This document shows positions 1 to 12,000 of a stretch of DNA of 26,319 nucleotides, piece after piece. The notes below the pieces were generated by a model. It saw only the letters and a program-made list of their open reading frames with translations, had not been told where the DNA came from and searched no databases. The stretch is from Vitrella brassicaformis CCMP3155 (Eukaryota; Protista; Chromerida), in contig CDMY01000731.1 in the NCBI GenBank assembly GCA_001179505.1, positions 1 to 26,319 on the forward strand, written 5' to 3'. A program made the position numbers and the translations under genes. How positions within the stretch are numbered: position 1 is the stretch's first letter; every line of letters begins with the position of its first letter.

Positions 1-30
1 ACCACAGCCAGGCTCTCAGACATGGCCACA
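1..30 (-). other. Probable start of a third KS domain
   Basis: After the ACP and a short linker the frame reads PVAMSESLAVV, matching KS2 start MTNLAVMG and KS1 start EPIAIVG; only a few residues are visible. Confidence 0.6.
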
Positions 31-3000
31 GGCAACGGCCCACCCCACTCGTCCACAGCGCCCGCCTTGTCCGCCCCCCCGGAGACCTCATTGTAGATGA
101 AGCCAATGATGGCGTCGAGCGTCGGGTAGTCGAAGAGCGTGGTGGCGGGCAGCTTGACGCCGATCTTGGAGGACATGGCATTTCTGAACTCGACAGCGCC
201 AAGTGAGTCGATGCCCAGCTCTCGGAGGGGCGAGTCCAGAGGAGGCTCTTCAGTCATGCCAAGCACCGTCGCAGCCGTCTCCACGACTGCCTTGTGGATG
301 TGCTCTTTGAGGGCCGCCGCGTCCATGCTGCGCAGCTTGGCGGACACGCCTGCGGCCGCGCCTCCCGTGGCAGCCGACGCCACCGTCTCGAAGAAGGGCG
401 GGATGACGTCGTACTTGGAGAGGAAAGTGTGCCACACGAGGGCCTGACAGCACGTCACTCCAACACTATCAGAGTGCCGCATGACATCGCCCAGCACCCG
501 AAGGCCGAGCTCGTTGGTGATGCCGCGCACGCCGACTTTGTCCAAATATTGTGAGAGGTCGGCCGCCATGCCCTGTTCTGTCCACGGTCCCCACTGGATG
601 CTCTGGGCGGCGAGCTTATTGGATCGGCGGTACTCAGTCAGGGCGTCCAGACACGAGTTGGCCGCAGAGTAGTTGGACTGCCCCAAGTTGCCAAACAGAG
701 ATGCGACGGACGAGAACATCACAAAATGGTCGAGTGGAAGCTTCGTGTCGACCGACAGCTCATGGAGGTGCATCGCACCCATCACCTGAAAGCGAAGCAG
801 GAGCCAATGAATGTCTGAGTGCTTTGAGACGCGGTCAGCTAGCTGCTCTCACCTTTGGCAGGTAGACAGCCTCGATACGGTCCCTTGTCTGGTTGATTAC
901 TTCGGCGTCGTCGATGGCGCCGGCCGCGTGGAAGATGCCCTTTATTGGATGTGACGGCAGCCTGGCCCGCAGCTTGTCGAGCAGACCGGCAACCGCCTGC
1001 CTGTCTGACACGTCACACGGCATGCAGTGGACTTGCACGNNNNNNNNNNNNNNNNNNNNNNNNNNNNNNNNNNNNNNNNNNNNNNNNNNNNNNNNNNNNN
1101 NNNNNNNNNNNNNNNNNNNNNNNNNNNNNNNNNNNNNNNNNNNNNNNNNNNNNNNNNNNNNNNNNNNNNNNNNNNNNNNNNNNNNNNNNNNNNNNNNNNN
1201 NNNNNNNNNNNNNNNNNNNNNNNNNNNNNNNNNNNNNNNNNNNNNNNNNNNNNNNNNNNNNNNNNNNNNNNNNNNNNNNNNNNNNNNNNNNNNNNNNNNN
1301 NNNNNNNNNNNNNNNNNNNNNNNNNNNNNNNNNNNNNNNCAGCCGACGCCACCGTCTCGAAGAAGGGTGGGATGGCAATATACATCGACAGGAAGGTTTG
1401 CCACTTGACGAGTGCACAGCACGCCACCCCGACGCTCTCAGAGTGCCGCATGACATCGCCGAGCACCCGAAGGCCGAGCTCGTTGGTGATGCCGCTCATG
1501 CCGACTTTGTCCAAATATTGTGAGAGGTCGGCCGCCATGCCCTGTTCTGTCCACGGTCCCCACTGGATGCTCTGGGCGGCGAGCTTATTGGATCGGCGGT
1601 ACTCAGTCAGGGCGTCCAGACACGAGTTGGCCGCAGAGTAGTTGGACTGCCCCAAGTTGCCAAACAGAGATGCGACGGACGAGAACATCACAAAATGGTC
1701 GAGTGGAAGCTTCGTGTCGACCGACAGCTCATGGAGATGCATCGCACCCATCACCTGAAAGCGAAGCAGGAGCCAATGAATGTCTGAGTGCTTTGAGACG
1801 CGGTCAGCTAGCTGCTCTCACCTTTGGCAGGTAGACAGCCTCGATACGGTCCCTTGTCTGGTTGATTACTTTGGCGTCGTCGATGGCACCGGCCGCGTGG
1901 AAGATGCCCTTTATTGGATGTGACGGCAGCTTGGCCCGCAGCTTGTCGAGCAGACCGGCAACCGCCTGCCTGTCTGACACGTCACACGGCATGCAGTGGA
2001 CTTGCACGTTGGTCTTGCGGTGCGGCACGGGCGCCGTCAGCTTCTGCCAGATGGCCGATGTCTCGATGGAGGGCGAGGGCTTGCCGCGACGGGACAGCAA
2101 CACAATGTGCTTTGCGCCTTCATCCACCAGCCAGTCTGCGACGAGCAGTCCAAGTCCGCCGAGCCCCCCTGTGATGACATAGCATCCGTCAGTTTGGCGG
2201 TCGGCCGGTGTCGCCTCGTCGCGCTGTGTGTCGCCTGTGTGGGGCGGCGTGATGGCGCTCGGTATTTGTATGACGACTTTGCCGATGTGCTGGGCCCTCT
2301 GCATGAACCTGAAGGCCGCGATGCCGCCGGTGACTTGGTCGGCGCTGCTCATGTCGAATGTGTGCAGAGGGATGGGCTTGACCTTGCCAACATCGACTAG
2401 GCCCCGGAGGCGGTCGAGCATGCCGCCGAACCACTTGGGATCTTGCTCCATCATCTGGTCGATGGCCATCGCCTCGTACATGGCCAAGTCGGGCCGCTTG
2501 GCCAGCACCTCCTCTTTGCTCCAGATGCCGCGCTTGCCCAGCTCCATGAAGCGGCCCTTGGGCGCCATCGCGTCGAGCGACAAGGGAATGAAGTCCTCGA
2601 TGAGGCAGTTGAGCACCACGTCGACCTTGCTGTTGGCCTGCTGCGTGTCGGCCTGGAACTGGTTGGCGTCGCGCGAGCTCGTGACGAGCTGCAGGCCCTG
2701 CTGTCGCAGGAAGTCCTGTTTGTGCTGGCTGCCCGCCGTGCCGAACACGTCAGCGCCAATGCTTCTGCAGTACTGGATGGCCGCGAGCCCCACGCCGCCG
2801 CTGGCCGCGTGCACGAGGACGTTGTCTCCCTTGGTGACCTTGGCAAGCTCTCCAAAGGCGACCTCGACCGTCACAAAGACGACTGGCAGGGCGGCCGCCT
2901 CTTCCAAGGTCATGGATGCGGGCTTGATGGCCATCAGGTTGGCCTCCGTCGTCACGTAGGTCCGCAGGCAACCGGGCGCCACGCCGTAGACGTCATCGCC

Positions 3001-6000
3001 CACACTCAGGTGACTCACGCCCTCCCCAACGCCAACCACCGTCCCCGAGCAGTCGCCGCCCGGCGGACCGGGGTCGCCAGGATACAATCCCATCACATTC
3101 AACACGTCACGGAAATTCAGACCAATCGCACGAACACGGACCTCGACATAGTTGGAGCCGGCAGCCATGGCGTCGACTCGCAGCTCCTGTGACTGTGGCC
3201 GCAGCGTCAGGTTGGAGATTGCCCCCCTCTCGCTCATGTTGAGCTCGATCGGCCCCCTCACAGCAATCTTGTCGCGTGCCAGCCGTGCAACATACTGCTC
3301 TCCTCCCCGCACGGCAATCTCGCTCTCCAGTGGCTGTTCCTCTTGCCTCGACACGACACTGACGATAGCGTCCGCAAGTGCCCGCGGGTTCTTGTGGTCG
3401 ACCGGCATGTCCAGGTCGAGGCAGCCGATGCGTCCGCTGGCCTCGCCCTTCTCCATGCCGATCTCCAGCCGTGCGGTCTTGGCGAATCCCACCACACCGG
3501 CGTGCACAGGGGGGCCGAGGAATGCCTCGTCCTCGAGCACCTTGAGAGTCTTGGGCGTCACGGCCCACACAACGGGTGCCTTGGTGTCTTTGAGGACCAG
3601 CAGGGCTTGGCAGATGTCGAGCAGGCCGGACATGACATCCACTGCACTGCCAGTCGTCTCCATGGGCGCGAGGTACACGAGGCTGCCAAACTCCCTCTCC
3701 TTGAGCAGCGACACAACCTTGTCTCGCGAGTCGGCCACCACACCAGTGCTNNNNNNNNNNNNNNNNNNNNNNNNNNNNNNNNNNNNNNNNNNNNNNNNNN
3801 NNNNNNNNNNNNNNNNNNNNNNNNNNNNNNNNNNNNNNNNNNNNNNNNNNNNNNNNNNNNNNNNNNNNNNNNNNNNNNNNNNNNNNNNNNNNNNNNNNNN
3901 NNNNNNNNNNNNNNNNNNNNNNNNNNNNNNNNNNNNNNNNNNNNNNNNNNNNNNNNNNNNNNNNNNNNNNNNNNNNNNNNNNNNNNNNNNNNNNNNNNNN
4001 NNNNNNNNNNNNNNNNNNNNNNNNNNNNNNNNNNNNNNNNNNNNNNNNNNTGGAACCCACTGTCGACCAGGCCCCGGATGCGGTCGAGCATGCCGCCGAA
4101 CCACTTGGGATCTTGCTCTATCATCTGGTCGATGGCCATCGCCTCGTACATGGCCAAGTCGGGCCGCCTGGCCAGCACCTCCTCTTTGCTCCAGATGCCG
4201 CGCTTGCCCAGCTCCATGAAGCGGCCGTTGGGCGCCATCGCGTCGAGCGAGAAGGGAATGAAGTCCTCGATCAGGCAGTTGAGCACCACGTCGACCTTGC
4301 TGTTGGCCTGCTGCATGTCGGCCTGGAACTGGCTGGCGTCGCGCGAGCTCGTGACGAGCTGCAGGCCCTGCTGTCGTAGGAAGTCCTGTTTGTGCTGGCT
4401 GCCCGCCGTGCCATAGACATTGGCCCCGACGGCCCTGCAGTACTGGATGGCCGCGAGCCCCACGCCGCCGCTGGCCGCGTGCACGAGGACGTTGTCTCCC
4501 TTGGTGACGTTGGCGAGCTCTCGGAAGGCCACCTCGACCGTCACAAAGACGACCGGCAGGGCGGCCGCCTCTTCGAAGGTCATCGATGCGGGCTTGATGG
4601 CCATCAGGTTGGCCTCCGTCGTCACGTAGGTCCGCAGGCAACCGGGGGCCACGCCGTAGACGTCATCGCCCACACTCAGGTGACTCACGCCCTCGCCCAC
4701 GCCAACCACCGTCCCCGAGCAGTCGCCCCCCGGCGGACCGGGGTCGCCAGGATACAACCCCATCACATTCAACACGTCACGGAAATTCAGACCAACAGCA
4801 CGAACACGAACCTCGACATAGTTGGAGCCGGCAGCCATGGCGTCGACTCGCAGCTCCTGTGACTGTGGCCGCAGCGTCAGGTTGGAGATTGCCCCCCTCT
4901 CGCTCATGTCGAGCTCGATCGGCCCCCTCACAGCAATCTTGTCGCGTGCCAGCCGTGCAACATGCTGCTCTCCTCCCCGCACGGCGATCTCGCTCTCGAG
5001 TGGCTGTTCCTCTTGCCTCGACACGACACTGACGACAGCGTCCGCAAGTGCCCGCGGGTTCTTGTGGTCGACCGGCATGTCCAGGTCGATGCAGCCGATG
5101 CGTCCGCTGGCCTCGCCCTTCTCCATGCCGATCTCCAGCCGTGCGGTCTTGGCGAATCCCACCACACCGGCGTGCACAGGGGGGCCGAGGAATACCTCGT
5201 CCTTGAGCACCTTGAGAGTCTTGGGCGTCACGGCCCACACGACGGGTGCCTTGGTGTCTTTGAGGACCAGCAGGGCTTGGCAGATGTCGAGCAGGCCGGA
5301 CATGACATCCACTGCACTGCCAGTCGTCTCCATGGGCGCGAGGTACACGAGGCTGCCAAACTCCCTCTCCTTGAGCAGCGACACAACCTTGTCTCGCGAG
5401 TCGGCCACCACACCAGTGCTGCCTTCGACCTCAATTGCCTTGGCCACAGCCTCGGCAAAGGTAGCATTGCTGGCCACCACCAGGACCGGTTTTGTCTGGA
5501 CGGGTGGCGCGTCCGCATCTGGCTCGGCCCGCTTGTCCCACTCTGCCTTCCACATGAGCTCGCGAGGGATGTCCACCCCCGATGCAAGCTCGATCTTGCG
5601 AAGAGAGAGCTCCGTAATGTCGGCCACCTTGATGAGGGGCGTCTGGCCCGACGATGCTGCATCGCCTGCAAGTGCTGCGTCCGCCTTGACCTGGTAGATG
5701 GTGACGTTGGCCTTGGCGGTGGCCCCCTCCCTCGCCACGAGCGTCACGTGGGCCCAGCAGTCCTTGAACTGCATCTTCGTGAGGGTCGCCTGATGTGCTC
5801 CGACAGGGACCATCGGCTGGAGCTTGATGCCGCGGCTGGGCGATGCAGCGGGGCTGTTGGCGGTGAGACTCGAGCCCGACGTGCCCCTAATGGGCTCGCG
5901 GGGGCTCATTGACTTGAGCTGCCGGGGGTCGGGGTGGAGCAAGACCGCGATGGACTGGAAGGCACCGTCGAGGATGGCGGGATGGGTGAGAAAGCCGTCC

Positions 6001-9000
6001 TCATACCCCTCTCTGTCAGCCAGGGAGAGCTTCGCCNNNNNNNNNNNNNNNNNNNNNNNNNNNNNNNNNNNNNNNNNNNNNNNNNNNNNNNNNNNNNNNN
6101 NNNNNNNNNNNNNNNNNNNNNNNNNNNNNNNNNNNNNNNNNNNNNNNNNNNNNNNNNNNNNNNNNNNNNNNNNNNNNNNNNNNNNNNNNNNNNNNNNNNN
6201 NNNNNNNNNNNNNNNNNNNNNNNNNNNNNNNNNNNNNNNNNNNNNNNNNNNNNNNNNNNNNNNNNNNNNNNNNNNNNNNNNNNNNNNNNNNNNNNNNNNN
6301 NNNNNNNNNNNNNNNNNNNNNNNNNNNNNNNNNNNNGGCGAATCCCACCACACCGGCGTGCACAGGGGGGCCGAGGAATGCCTCGTCCTCGAGCACCTTG
6401 AGAGTCTTGGGCGTCACGGCCCACACAACGGGTGCCTTGGTGTCTTTGAGGACCAGCAGGGCTTGGCAGATGTCGAGCAGGCCGGACATGACATCCACTG
6501 CACTGCCAGTCGTCTCCATGGGCGCGAGGTACACGAGGCTGCCAAACTCCCTCTCCTTGAGCAGCGACACAACCCTGTCTCGCGAGTCGGCCACCACACC
6601 AGTGCTGCCTTCGACCTCAATTGCCTTGGCCACAGCCTCGGCAAAGGCAGCATTGCTGGCCGCCACCAGGACCGGTTTGGTCTGGACGGGTGGCGCGTCC
6701 GCATCTGGCTCGGCCCGCTTGTCCCACTCTGCCTTCCACATGAGCTCGCGAGGGATGTCCACCCCCGACGCAAGCTCGATCTTGCGAAGAGAGAGCTCCG
6801 TGATGTCGGCCACCTTGATGAGGGGCGTCTGGCCCGACGATGCTGCATCGCCTGCAAGTCCTGCGTCCGCCTTGACCTGGTAGATGGTGACGTTGGCCTT
6901 GGCGGTGGCCCCCTCCCTCGCCACGAGCGTCACGTGGGCCCAGCAGTCCTTGAACTGCATCTTCGTGAGGGTCGCCTGATGTGCTCCGACAGGGACCATC
7001 GGCTGGAGCTTGATGCCGCGGCTGGGCGATGCAGCGGGGCTGTTGGCGGTGAGACTCGAGCCCGACGTGCCCCTAATGGGCTCGCGGGGGCCCATTGACT
7101 TGAGCTGCCGGGGGTCGGGGTGGAGCAAGACCGCGATGGACTGGAAGGCACCGTCGAGGATGGCGGGATGGGTGAGAAAGCCGTCCTCATACCCCTCTCT
7201 GTCAGCCAGGGAGAGCTTCGCCAGCACCTCGTTATGGCCACTGTAGAGCTCAGATACAGTCCTGAACCGTGTGCCGTAGTTGAGACCGAGGCAACTGAGC
7301 TCGCGGTAGAATGCCGGCGTCGACAGCTCGAGGGGACAGCGGTTGCTGAGCGTCTCGAGTGTCTCGCCATTGGCATCCATAGGCTGGCCCGCCACCCTGA
7401 CACGAGCTGACGCATGGGAGCTCTCGTCGCCTTGTGGTTGATCGCCCTCCATCAGACGGCTGCAGATCTCTGCCGAGCCGCCGGGCTCGAGGCGAGCCGT
7501 CACCTGAATGGCCTGCGCACCGATGAACATGGGCTGCTCGATAGCCACATCCTCCAGCAACACAACCGTCCCACTCCACATGCGTGCGGGGTGCTCGGGG
7601 GAGGCGGCCAGGCTGGCCAGCATGTCGACAAAGCCCGCTCCGGGCATCAGGCACTGGTTGGACACGACGTGGTCGAGGAACAGCTTCTTGACATCGCGTC
7701 GGAGGGGGTAGCGGCATAGCACCCCGCCGTGTGCCTCGGTGCTCTTTTGGCCCAGGACAGGGTGCTGCACGGGCACCCACGGGAAACGACGGTGCTTCCA
7801 CTCGGGCTTCTTGGCGTGCATGCTCTCAAGCACAGGCATCGTCGACGTGCTTGCCTCCACCAGAATATGTGCGTTGGCCCCACCGAAGCCAAACGAGCTG
7901 ACGCCGCCGACCACCTGCTTCTGGCCGGTGCGGCCGGCGAAGTCGACAGCCGCTGTCTCGTACTGGAAGGGCAAGCCCTCGCTGTCAATGTGGGGGTTGA
8001 GCTCCGTGAAGTGCAGGTTGGGCGCCGCCTTGCCATGGATCAGGGTCATCACAAGCTTGATGAACCCAGAGATGCCCGCGGATCCCTCCAAGTGGCCGAT
8101 ATTGGTCTTGAGAGCGCCCAGCACAAGAGGATTGCTGTCACTGCGGCCAGGGCCGAACACAGCCTTCAGGGCGCCGAACTCGATGGGGTCGCCGAGAGAA
8201 GTGCCCGTGCCGTGGGTCTCGATGTACGACACGGCCGAAGGCTTCAGGCCGGCCATGGCGAGGGCGCCACGGAGGACCTCTTGCTGAGCTGGGCCGTTGG
8301 GGGCCGTCAGGCTGGCGCTTGTGCCATCATGGTTGACGGACGAGCCGAGGACGGTGGCCAGCGGCCGGTCGTTCTCAGTCAGCTGCCCTGTGGCCAGCAG
8401 GAATGCCGCGCCGGCACCCTCACCCCTCACATAGCCGTTGGCCTTGGCGTCGAAGGACTTGCATCGACAGTCGGGTGACAGCATTCGTGCCTTGGAGAAG
8501 GCAACGAACAGGTGGGGCGACATCATCAGATTCACACCGCCCACAATGGCGCCCTTGCAGAGGCCGAGACGCGTATTCTTGACGGCGGCGTCCATGGCAA
8601 CGAGTGAGGACGAGCACGCCGTGTCGATGGTCATGGACGGACCTCTGAGGCCGAAGGCGTACGAGATTCTGTTTGACATGAGGCTCATGGCTCCTCCAGT
8701 GCCCGAGTAGCTGCTGCTCTTGTATGACTCGATCCCCTGTGTCTTCTGGTCGAGATCGACGAAGTTCCAATCTCCATTGCAGCAGCCGATGAAGCATCCG
8801 TATGCCTTGCCCATGAGCTGGTCCTTGCGGATATCGGCCGAGTAGACGGCCTCGTAAGCGACCTCGACGATGAGGCGCTGCTGGGGGTCCATGCTCCACA
8901 CCTCCATTGGCTTGATGGTGAAGAAGTTGTGGTCGAACAGGTCGCCGTTGCTGATAAACCCGCCCTGCGTCGAGTAGGTCTTGCCGCCCTCGTCAGGGTC

Positions 9001-12000
9001 GGCCGAGTAGAACTCGATGTAGTCCCACCGTGTCAGCGGCGTGTCCACCATGCAGTCCGTCTTGTCCATGAGCATCTCCCAGAACTTAGCAGGCGTGTTG
9101 CTGTTGCCCGGCAGCCGGCAGGACATCCCCATGACCGCCAGATTCGTCATGTTGGCGTCAGCCGACAGCGGCAGGTTCTGCATGGCCAGCTGAGTCTCGT
9201 CGGCGGTCTCGCTGTCCGATCCCGACAGCTCCCTCTCAATGAAGTCAATGATGGCCGACAGAGTGGGGTAGTCGAACATGGTTGTCGCTGGCAGCTTGAC
9301 GCCCAGTTTGGTGGACAGCACATTGCGGAACTCCACAGCACCCAGTGAGTCGACGCCGAGGGCCTGCAGGGGCTGGTCCACGGGGGGAGGCTCGTTGGTA
9401 CCCAAGACGTTGGCGCAGGCATCAATGACGGTCTTGGAGATGAACTCGCGGCGCTTCTCCGGTGACATGCCCATAAGATGAGCTGATGCGCCGGCGATGC
9501 CGCTGCCGCCCACCTCGATGCGGCTGAAGAAGTTGGGCACGCGGTTGTATCGGTCGAGGAACTTGCGCCACACGAGGGCCTGGCAGCACGTCACCCCGAC
9601 GCTCTCAGAGTGCCGCATGACATCGCCGAGCACACGAAGGCCNNNNNNNNNNNNNNNNNNNNNNNNNNNNNNNNNNNNNNNNNNNNNNNNNNNNNNNNNN
9701 NNNNNNNNNNNNNNNNNNNNNNNNNNNNNNNNNNNNNNNNNNNNNNNNNNNNNNNNNNNNNNNNNNNNNNNNNNNNNNNNNNNNNNNNNNNNNNNNNNNN
9801 NNNNNNNNNNNNNNNNNNNNNNNNNNNNNNNNNNNNNNNNNNNNNNNNNNNNNNNNNNNNNNNNNNNNNNNNNNNNNNNNNNNNNNNNNNNNNNNNNNNN
9901 NNNNNNNNNNNNNNNNNNNNNNNNNNNNNNNNNNNNNNNNNNGCCATGGATCAGGGTCATCACAAGCTTGATGAACCCAGAGATGCCCGCGGATCCCTCC
10001 AAGTGGCCGATATTGGTCTTGAGTGCACCCAGCACAAGAGGATTGTTGTCACTGCGGCCAGGGCCGAACACAGCCTTGAGAGCGCCGAACTCGATGGGGT
10101 CGCCGAGAGAAGTGCCCGTGCCGTGGGTCTCGATGTACGACACGGCCGAAGGTTTGAGGCCGGCCATGGCGAGGGCGCCACGGAGGACCTCTTGCTGAGC
10201 TGGGCCGTTGGGGGCCGTCAGGCTGGCGCTTGTGCCATCATGGTTGACGGACGAGCCGAGGACCGTGGCCAGCGGCCGGTCGTTCTCAGTCAGCTGACTT
10301 GTGGCCAGCAGGAATGCCGCGCCGGCACCCTCACCCCTCACATAGCCGTTGGCCTTGGCGTCGAAGGTCTTGCATCGACAGTCGGGTGACAGCATTCGTG
10401 CCTTGGAGAAGGCAATGAACAGGTGGGGCGACATCATCAGATTCACACCGCCCACAATGGCGCCCTTGCAGAGGCCGAGACGCGTGTTCTTGACGGCGGC
10501 GTCCATGGCAACGAGTGAGGACGAGCACGCCGTGTCGATGGTCATGGACGGACCTCTGAGGCCGAAGACGTACGAGATTCTGTTTGACATGAGGCTCATG
10601 GCTCCTCCAGTGCTCGAGTAGCTGCTGCTCTTGTATGCGTCGATCCCCTGTGTCTTCTGGTGGAGATCGACGAAGTTCCAATCTGCATTGCAGCAGCCGA
10701 TGAAGCATCCGTATGCCTTGCCCATGAGCTGGTCCTTGCGGATGTCGGCCGAGTAGACGGCCTCGTAGGCGACCTCGGCGATGAGGCGCTGCTGGGGGTC
10801 CATGCTCCACACCTCCATTGGCTTGATGGTGAAGAAGTTGTGGTCGAACAGGTCGCCGTTGCTGATAAACCCGCCCTGCGTCGAGTAGGTCTTGCCGCCC
10901 TCGTCCGGGTCGGCCGAGTAGAACTCGATGTAGTCCCACCGTGTCAGCGGCGTGTCCACCATGCAGTCCGTCTTGTCCATGAGCATCTCCCAGAACTCAG
11001 CAGGCGTGTTGCTGTTGCCCGGCAGCCGGCAGGACATCCCCATGACCGCCAGATTCGTCATGTTGGCGTCAGCCGAAAGTGGCAGGTTCTGCATGGCCAG
11101 CTGAGCCTCGTCGGCGGTCTCGCTGTCCGATCCCGACAGCTCCCTCTCGATGAAGTCAATGATGGCCGACAGAGTGGGGTAGTCGAACATGGTTGTCGCT
11201 GGCAGCTTGACGCCCAGTTTGGTGGACAGCACATTGCGGAACTCCACAGCGCCCAGTGAGTCGACGCCGAGGGCCTGCAAGGGCTGGTCCACGGGGGGAG
11301 GCTCGTTGGTACCCAAGACGTTGGCGCAGGCATCGATGACGGTCTTGGAGATGAACTCGCGGCGCTTCTCGGGTGACATGCCCTTAAGATGAGCTGATGC
11401 GCCGGCGATACCGCTGCCGCCCACCTCGATGCGGCTGAAGAAGTTGGGCACGCGGTTGTATCGGTCGAGAAACTTGCGCCACACGAGGGCCTGGCAGCAC
11501 GTCACCCCGACGCTCTCAGAGTGCCGCATGACGTCGCCGAGGACGCGAAGGCCGAGCTCGTTGGTGATGCCGCGCATGCCGACCTTGTCCAAATATTGTG
11601 AGAGGTCGGCCGCCATGCCCTGCTCTGTCCACGGTCCCCACTGGATGCTCTGGGCGGCAAGCTTCTTAGATCGGCGGTACTCAGTCAGGGCATCTAGACA
11701 CGAGTTGGCCGCAGAGTAGTTGGACTGCCCCAAGTTGCCAAACAGAGATGCGACGGACGAGAACATCACAAAATGGTCCAGCTCCATGTGGCGCGCCATA
11801 GTGAGATCGTGCAGATTCATAGCGCCTTGCACCTAACAGACAACAGACAACAAGACACAACAAGTGTATCCGACTATCAAGATCCTTGCGTGTTTCCTCT
11901 TCATCCACTCTTGTACCTTTGGCAAGTAGACTTTGGTGATGCTCTCCTTGGTCTGCTTGCTCATGACCGAATCGTCCAGCACACCAGCGGCGTGCAAGAT

